Positions 62,629 through 64,000 of a stretch of DNA of 64,000 nt are shown piece by piece; the first letter of the stretch is position 1, and the number at the start of each line of letters is the position of its first letter. The notes below the pieces were generated by a model. The model made no database searches and was not told the DNA's origin. It saw nothing but the letters and a program-made list of their open reading frames with translations. Location: contig CBDCQT010000012.1 of assembly GCA_965220745.1 (NCBI GenBank), positions 800,001 to 864,000 on the forward strand, written 5' to 3'. The translations under genes and the position numbers were made by a program. The DNA comes from Alphaproteobacteria bacterium (lineage in GTDB: Bacteria > Pseudomonadota > Alphaproteobacteria > UBA828).

Positions 62629-63792
62629 TTACTCCGCAGCGGCCCGTGCCGGCGCCGGAACATCCATGTTGAAGAGGCGGGCGCAGTTGAGCCCCACCAC
62701 GTTCGCCTTGGTCTCGTCGTCCACGTTGGCGAGGACGCGGTTCAGGACCTCGTGGCTGTGAGGGAAGGTGTTGCGCGGGTGGGGGAAGTCGGAGCCCCAC
62801 ATGACCTGCGTGGGGCCTGCGACATCGAAGGCGCGGTCCGCGAACTTGTCGTCCACGAAGCTGTGCCAGACCTGCGTGTGCAGATACTCCTGCACGGGCT
62901 TCTTGACCGGCGTGACCTTGAGCGAGTTCGCCACCGCGCCCTGAAGCTGCTGGGTGCGGAACAGGAACCAGGGCAGCCAGCAGATCTCGTACTCGCCGAG
63001 GATCAGCTTCAGCTTGGGGTGACGGTCGAAGATGCCGCCGAAGATGAACTCGTTGGCGAGGATCGGCCCAGCGTCGGAGAAGAGCTCCAGCCAGAGCCGC
63101 GCCACGTCGCCGCGCTCGTGATCGTGGATGATGGTGAAGGGGTCGCGTATGCGACCGGCGACGATGTGAATCGTCACGGGAATGTCCAGGTCCGCCGCCG
63201 CCGCCCAGAGCCGATCGTAGTAGGGGTCGCGGTAGGGCGGCATGTGCGGCTTCACGTCGGTGTAGATGAAGACGGTGCGCACGTTCTTCTTGGCCAGCCG
63301 TTCGAGCTCGGCCACGGCCCAGTCGACATCGTCGGGCGGCAGCATGCCGGAGGCGAGCAGGCGCTTCGGGTCGTGGCTGCAATACTCGACGATCCAGTCG
63401 TTGTAGACTTGGCAGACGTCCTGCACGAGCTGCGGATGCTCGATCCGCATGCAGAGCAGCGCGAAGGTCGAGTTGACGATTTCGGCCTGAACGCCGTCCA
63501 TCTCCATCAGCTCCAGACGAAGCGCCGGGTCCTGGTTGGAGCGGTTCACCTTGTCGGCGAGTTCGGGGTCCATGGCCGAGGATTCCTCGGTGGAATCCGC
63601 CGCGTCCTCCGGCACGACCACGCCAAGGTCGATGTAGTCGTAGCCGAAGAAGTAGTAGTTGCCGGGAATGCCGTCGTAGCGGTCGACGACGCGCGGGACC
63701 TTGTCGCCCCACTTCTTGCCGAGCGCCTTCTCCCACAGGTCCAGCGGCTCGATGATGTGGGAATCGGCGGAGATCACGTAGTCCAGGCTCAT
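62629..63792 (-). CDS. Amidohydrolase_2 family metal-dependent hydrolase/decarboxylase
   Basis: ISADSHIIEP, YNDW, TIH, GIFDRHP.LK, WGSDFPH. Confidence 0.9.
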   Translation of the reverse strand: MSLDYVISADSHIIEPLDLWEKALGKKWGDKVPRVVDRYDGIPGNYYFFGYDYIDLGVVVPEDAADSTEESSAMDPELADKVNRSNQDPALRLELMEMDGVQAEIVNSTFALLCMRIEHPQLVQDVCQVYNDWIVEYCSHDPKRLLASGMLPPDDVDWAVAELERLAKKNVRTVFIYTDVKPHMPPYRDPYYDRLWAAAADLDIPVTIHIVAGRIRDPFTIIHDHERGDVARLWLELFSDAGPILANEFIFGGIFDRHPKLKLILGEYEICWLPWFLFRTQQLQGAVANSLKVTPVKKPVQEYLHTQVWHSFVDDKFADRAFDVAGPTQVMWGSDFPHPRNTFPHSHEVLNRVLANVDDETKANVVGLNCARLFNMDVPAPARAAAE

Positions 63793-63820
63793 CGTCGTTC
63801 CTCTCTGGCTCGCAGGCGGC

Positions 63821-64000
63821 TTAGGCGTGGAAGGGCCTTTGCTCCGGCGGTGCGGCCGCAGCCTGCGCGAAATCGCAGTCGCGGGTTGCGTAGAACTCGA
63901 CCAGGAAGCCGTCCGGGTCGCGCAGATAGAAGCTGCGCTTGGTGGCGCTGTCGACCGACGCTACGGTCGGGATATTCCGCGCGGCCAGCGCCTCCTCGGC
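63821..64000 (-). CDS. VOC/glyoxalase family protein (3' end only)
   Basis: ..SFYLRDPDGFLVEFYA.. read on the minus strand, TAA stop at 63821-63823. Confidence 0.75.
   Translation of the reverse strand, partial: AEEALAARNIPTVASVDSATKRSFYLRDPDGFLVEFYATRDCDFAQAAAAPPEQRPFHA

Overview
High-GC (roughly 68-70%, estimated by eye) bacterial chromosomal segment. It is most consistent with an Alphaproteobacterium (split pntA1/pntA2/pntB, alphaproteobacterial-type serC-serA, bamD-recN-ligA, rhizobial-type GTCATG REP). It is densely coding (~55 genes). Housekeeping genes: pntAB, serAC, sdaA, rmuC, bamD, recN, ligA, lipB, cobB. There are many catabolic enzymes: two hydantoinase/oxoprolinase systems, an amidase, PuuE, ACC deaminase, several hydrolases and a thiolase/ECH/ACAD set. 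Accessory features: a lone pepM-nucleotidyltransferase phosphonate gene, a Zur-boxed His/Asp-rich outer-membrane protein, a redoxin/heme-c/Cu-monooxygenase under a TetR, a Tm-1-like pair, a Phd/VapC TA module inside a Liv-type ABC operon, and an orphan toluene-monooxygenase beta subunit. Non-coding DNA holds a complete IS4-family element inserted in a REP hairpin, a CTAG-flanked MITE, and a dispersed element with a conserved 27-bp head and a variable ATCCC 9-mer array (two copies plus a fragment) that I cannot assign to any family. No rRNA, tRNA or CRISPR array was seen. All product calls come from recognising motifs by eye, not from database searches.
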